A DNA stretch of 465 nt from a phage. Shown one piece after another: positions 1 to 465 of the stretch. The stretch's first letter is position 1; each line of letters opens with the position of its first letter. The notes below the pieces were generated by a model. It had not been told where the DNA came from and ran no database searches. It worked only from the letters and a program-made list of their open reading frames with translations. Location: the sequence record OM650692.1. One strand, 5' to 3'. The position numbers were made by a program, and so were the translations under genes.

Positions 1-465
1 ATGCAACTCTCAAGAAAAGGCTTAGAAGCCATTAAGTTCTTTGAAGGCCTGAAGTTAGAGGCTTACGAAGACTCTGCCGGAATCCCAACAATCGGGTATG
101 GGACAATCCGTATTGACGGAAAACCTGTTAAGATGGGTATGAAAATTACTGCTGAACAAGCTGAACAGCATCTTCTTGCAGATGTTGAGAAGTTCGTTGC
201 AGCAGTGAATAAAGCTGTCAAGGTTCCAACTTCTCAGAACGAGTTCGATGCACTTGTAAGTGAAACATACAACATCGGTATCACAGCTATGCAGGACTCC
301 ACATTTATCAAGCGCCACAATGCTGGTAATAAGGTAGGTTGTGCAGAAGCTATGCAGTGGTGGAACAAGGTTACAGTCAAAGGTAAGAAGGTCACTTCAA
401 ACGGCCTGAAAAACAGACGTAGAATGGAAGCTGACATTTATCTTGACAGTGTATATCCAAAGTAA
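1..465 (+). CDS. Phage endolysin, T4/P22-type lysozyme (GH24 N-acetylmuramidase); complete ORF of 154 aa, ATG start and TAA stop
   Basis: The ORF is uninterrupted in frame +1 across the whole window, from ATG at 1..3 to TAA at 463..465. The translation contains the lysozyme catalytic motif block F-E15-GLKLEAYE-D24-SAGIP-T30-IGYG, matching the T4 lysozyme pattern E11...D20...T26 ([21 protein letters not shown]). Further blocks (GMKITAEQAEQ, VKVPTSQNEFDALVSETYNIG, C-terminal NGLKNRRRMEAD) resemble Salmonella phage P22 gp19 lysozyme and related enterobacterial prophage lysozymes as I recall them. This is recognition from memory, not a database search. No gene symbol is assigned because the naming is phage-specific (e in T4, 19 in P22). 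Confidence 0.92.
   Translation: MQLSRKGLEAIKFFEGLKLEAYEDSAGIPTIGYGTIRIDGKPVKMGMKITAEQAEQHLLADVEKFVAAVNKAVKVPTSQNEFDALVSETYNIGITAMQDSTFIKRHNAGNKVGCAEAMQWWNKVTVKGKKVTSNGLKNRRRMEADIYLDSVYPK

Noticed and set aside
1-20. Ribosome-binding site or promoter for the lysozyme gene
   Set aside because: The window starts exactly at the ATG, so no upstream sequence is available. I cannot call any regulatory element.
151-168. Imperfect 9-bp tandem repeat gctgaacaa/gctgaacag, encoding AEQ-AEQ
   Set aside because: It is only two copies of a short unit within the coding sequence, and the second copy is synonymous at the protein level. It is most simply a local duplication or chance. It is too short to be a CRISPR repeat, regulatory repeat or phase-variation tract.
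55-318. Minus-strand ORF of 87 aa, entirely antisense to the lysozyme CDS
   Set aside because: It lies fully inside a well-supported + strand gene and its translation (MALDKCGVLHSCDTDVVCF...) has no recognisable motif. Antisense ORFs of this length arise by chance. I cannot assess a start-codon context or RBS that would support it.
234-437. Minus-strand ORF of 67 aa, antisense to the lysozyme CDS
   Set aside because: The reasoning is the same as for the other antisense ORF: no recognisable domain and complete overlap with the lysozyme gene. Embedded genes in lysis cassettes (Rz1) occur inside Rz on the same strand, not antisense inside the endolysin.
1-465. Possibility that the window holds a novel or undescribed system, as the prompt suggests
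   Set aside because: The entire window is occupied by one ORF with canonical phage lysozyme motifs. There is no unexplained non-coding sequence, no unusual domain fusion and no atypical structure visible. Any novelty would have to come from the genomic context outside this window.

Overview
The whole 465-bp window is a single complete + strand ORF (1..465, ATG to TAA, 154 aa) that I identify as a phage or prophage endolysin of the T4/P22 lysozyme type (glycoside hydrolase family 24 muramidase). The basis is the recognisable N-terminal catalytic motif block (FEGLKLEAY-EDSAGIPTIGYG), carrying the Glu/Asp/Thr triad equivalent to T4 lysozyme E11/D20/T26, plus the downstream conserved blocks (KITAEQAE, VP.SQNEFDAL.S..YNIG, C-terminal GL.NRR..E). 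There are no RNA genes, CRISPR repeats, mobile-element ends or assessable regulatory sites, because the window starts on the start codon and ends on the stop codon. I see no evidence for a novel or undescribed system here; this is a well-known protein family. The only useful inferences are contextual: the gene marks a phage lysis cassette, it lacks an N-terminal signal or SAR segment so it should depend on a holin, and its GC content of about 43% (hand count, 199/465) points to a moderately AT-rich phage or host. The two minus-strand ORFs in the track are antisense to the lysozyme gene and are most likely spurious.
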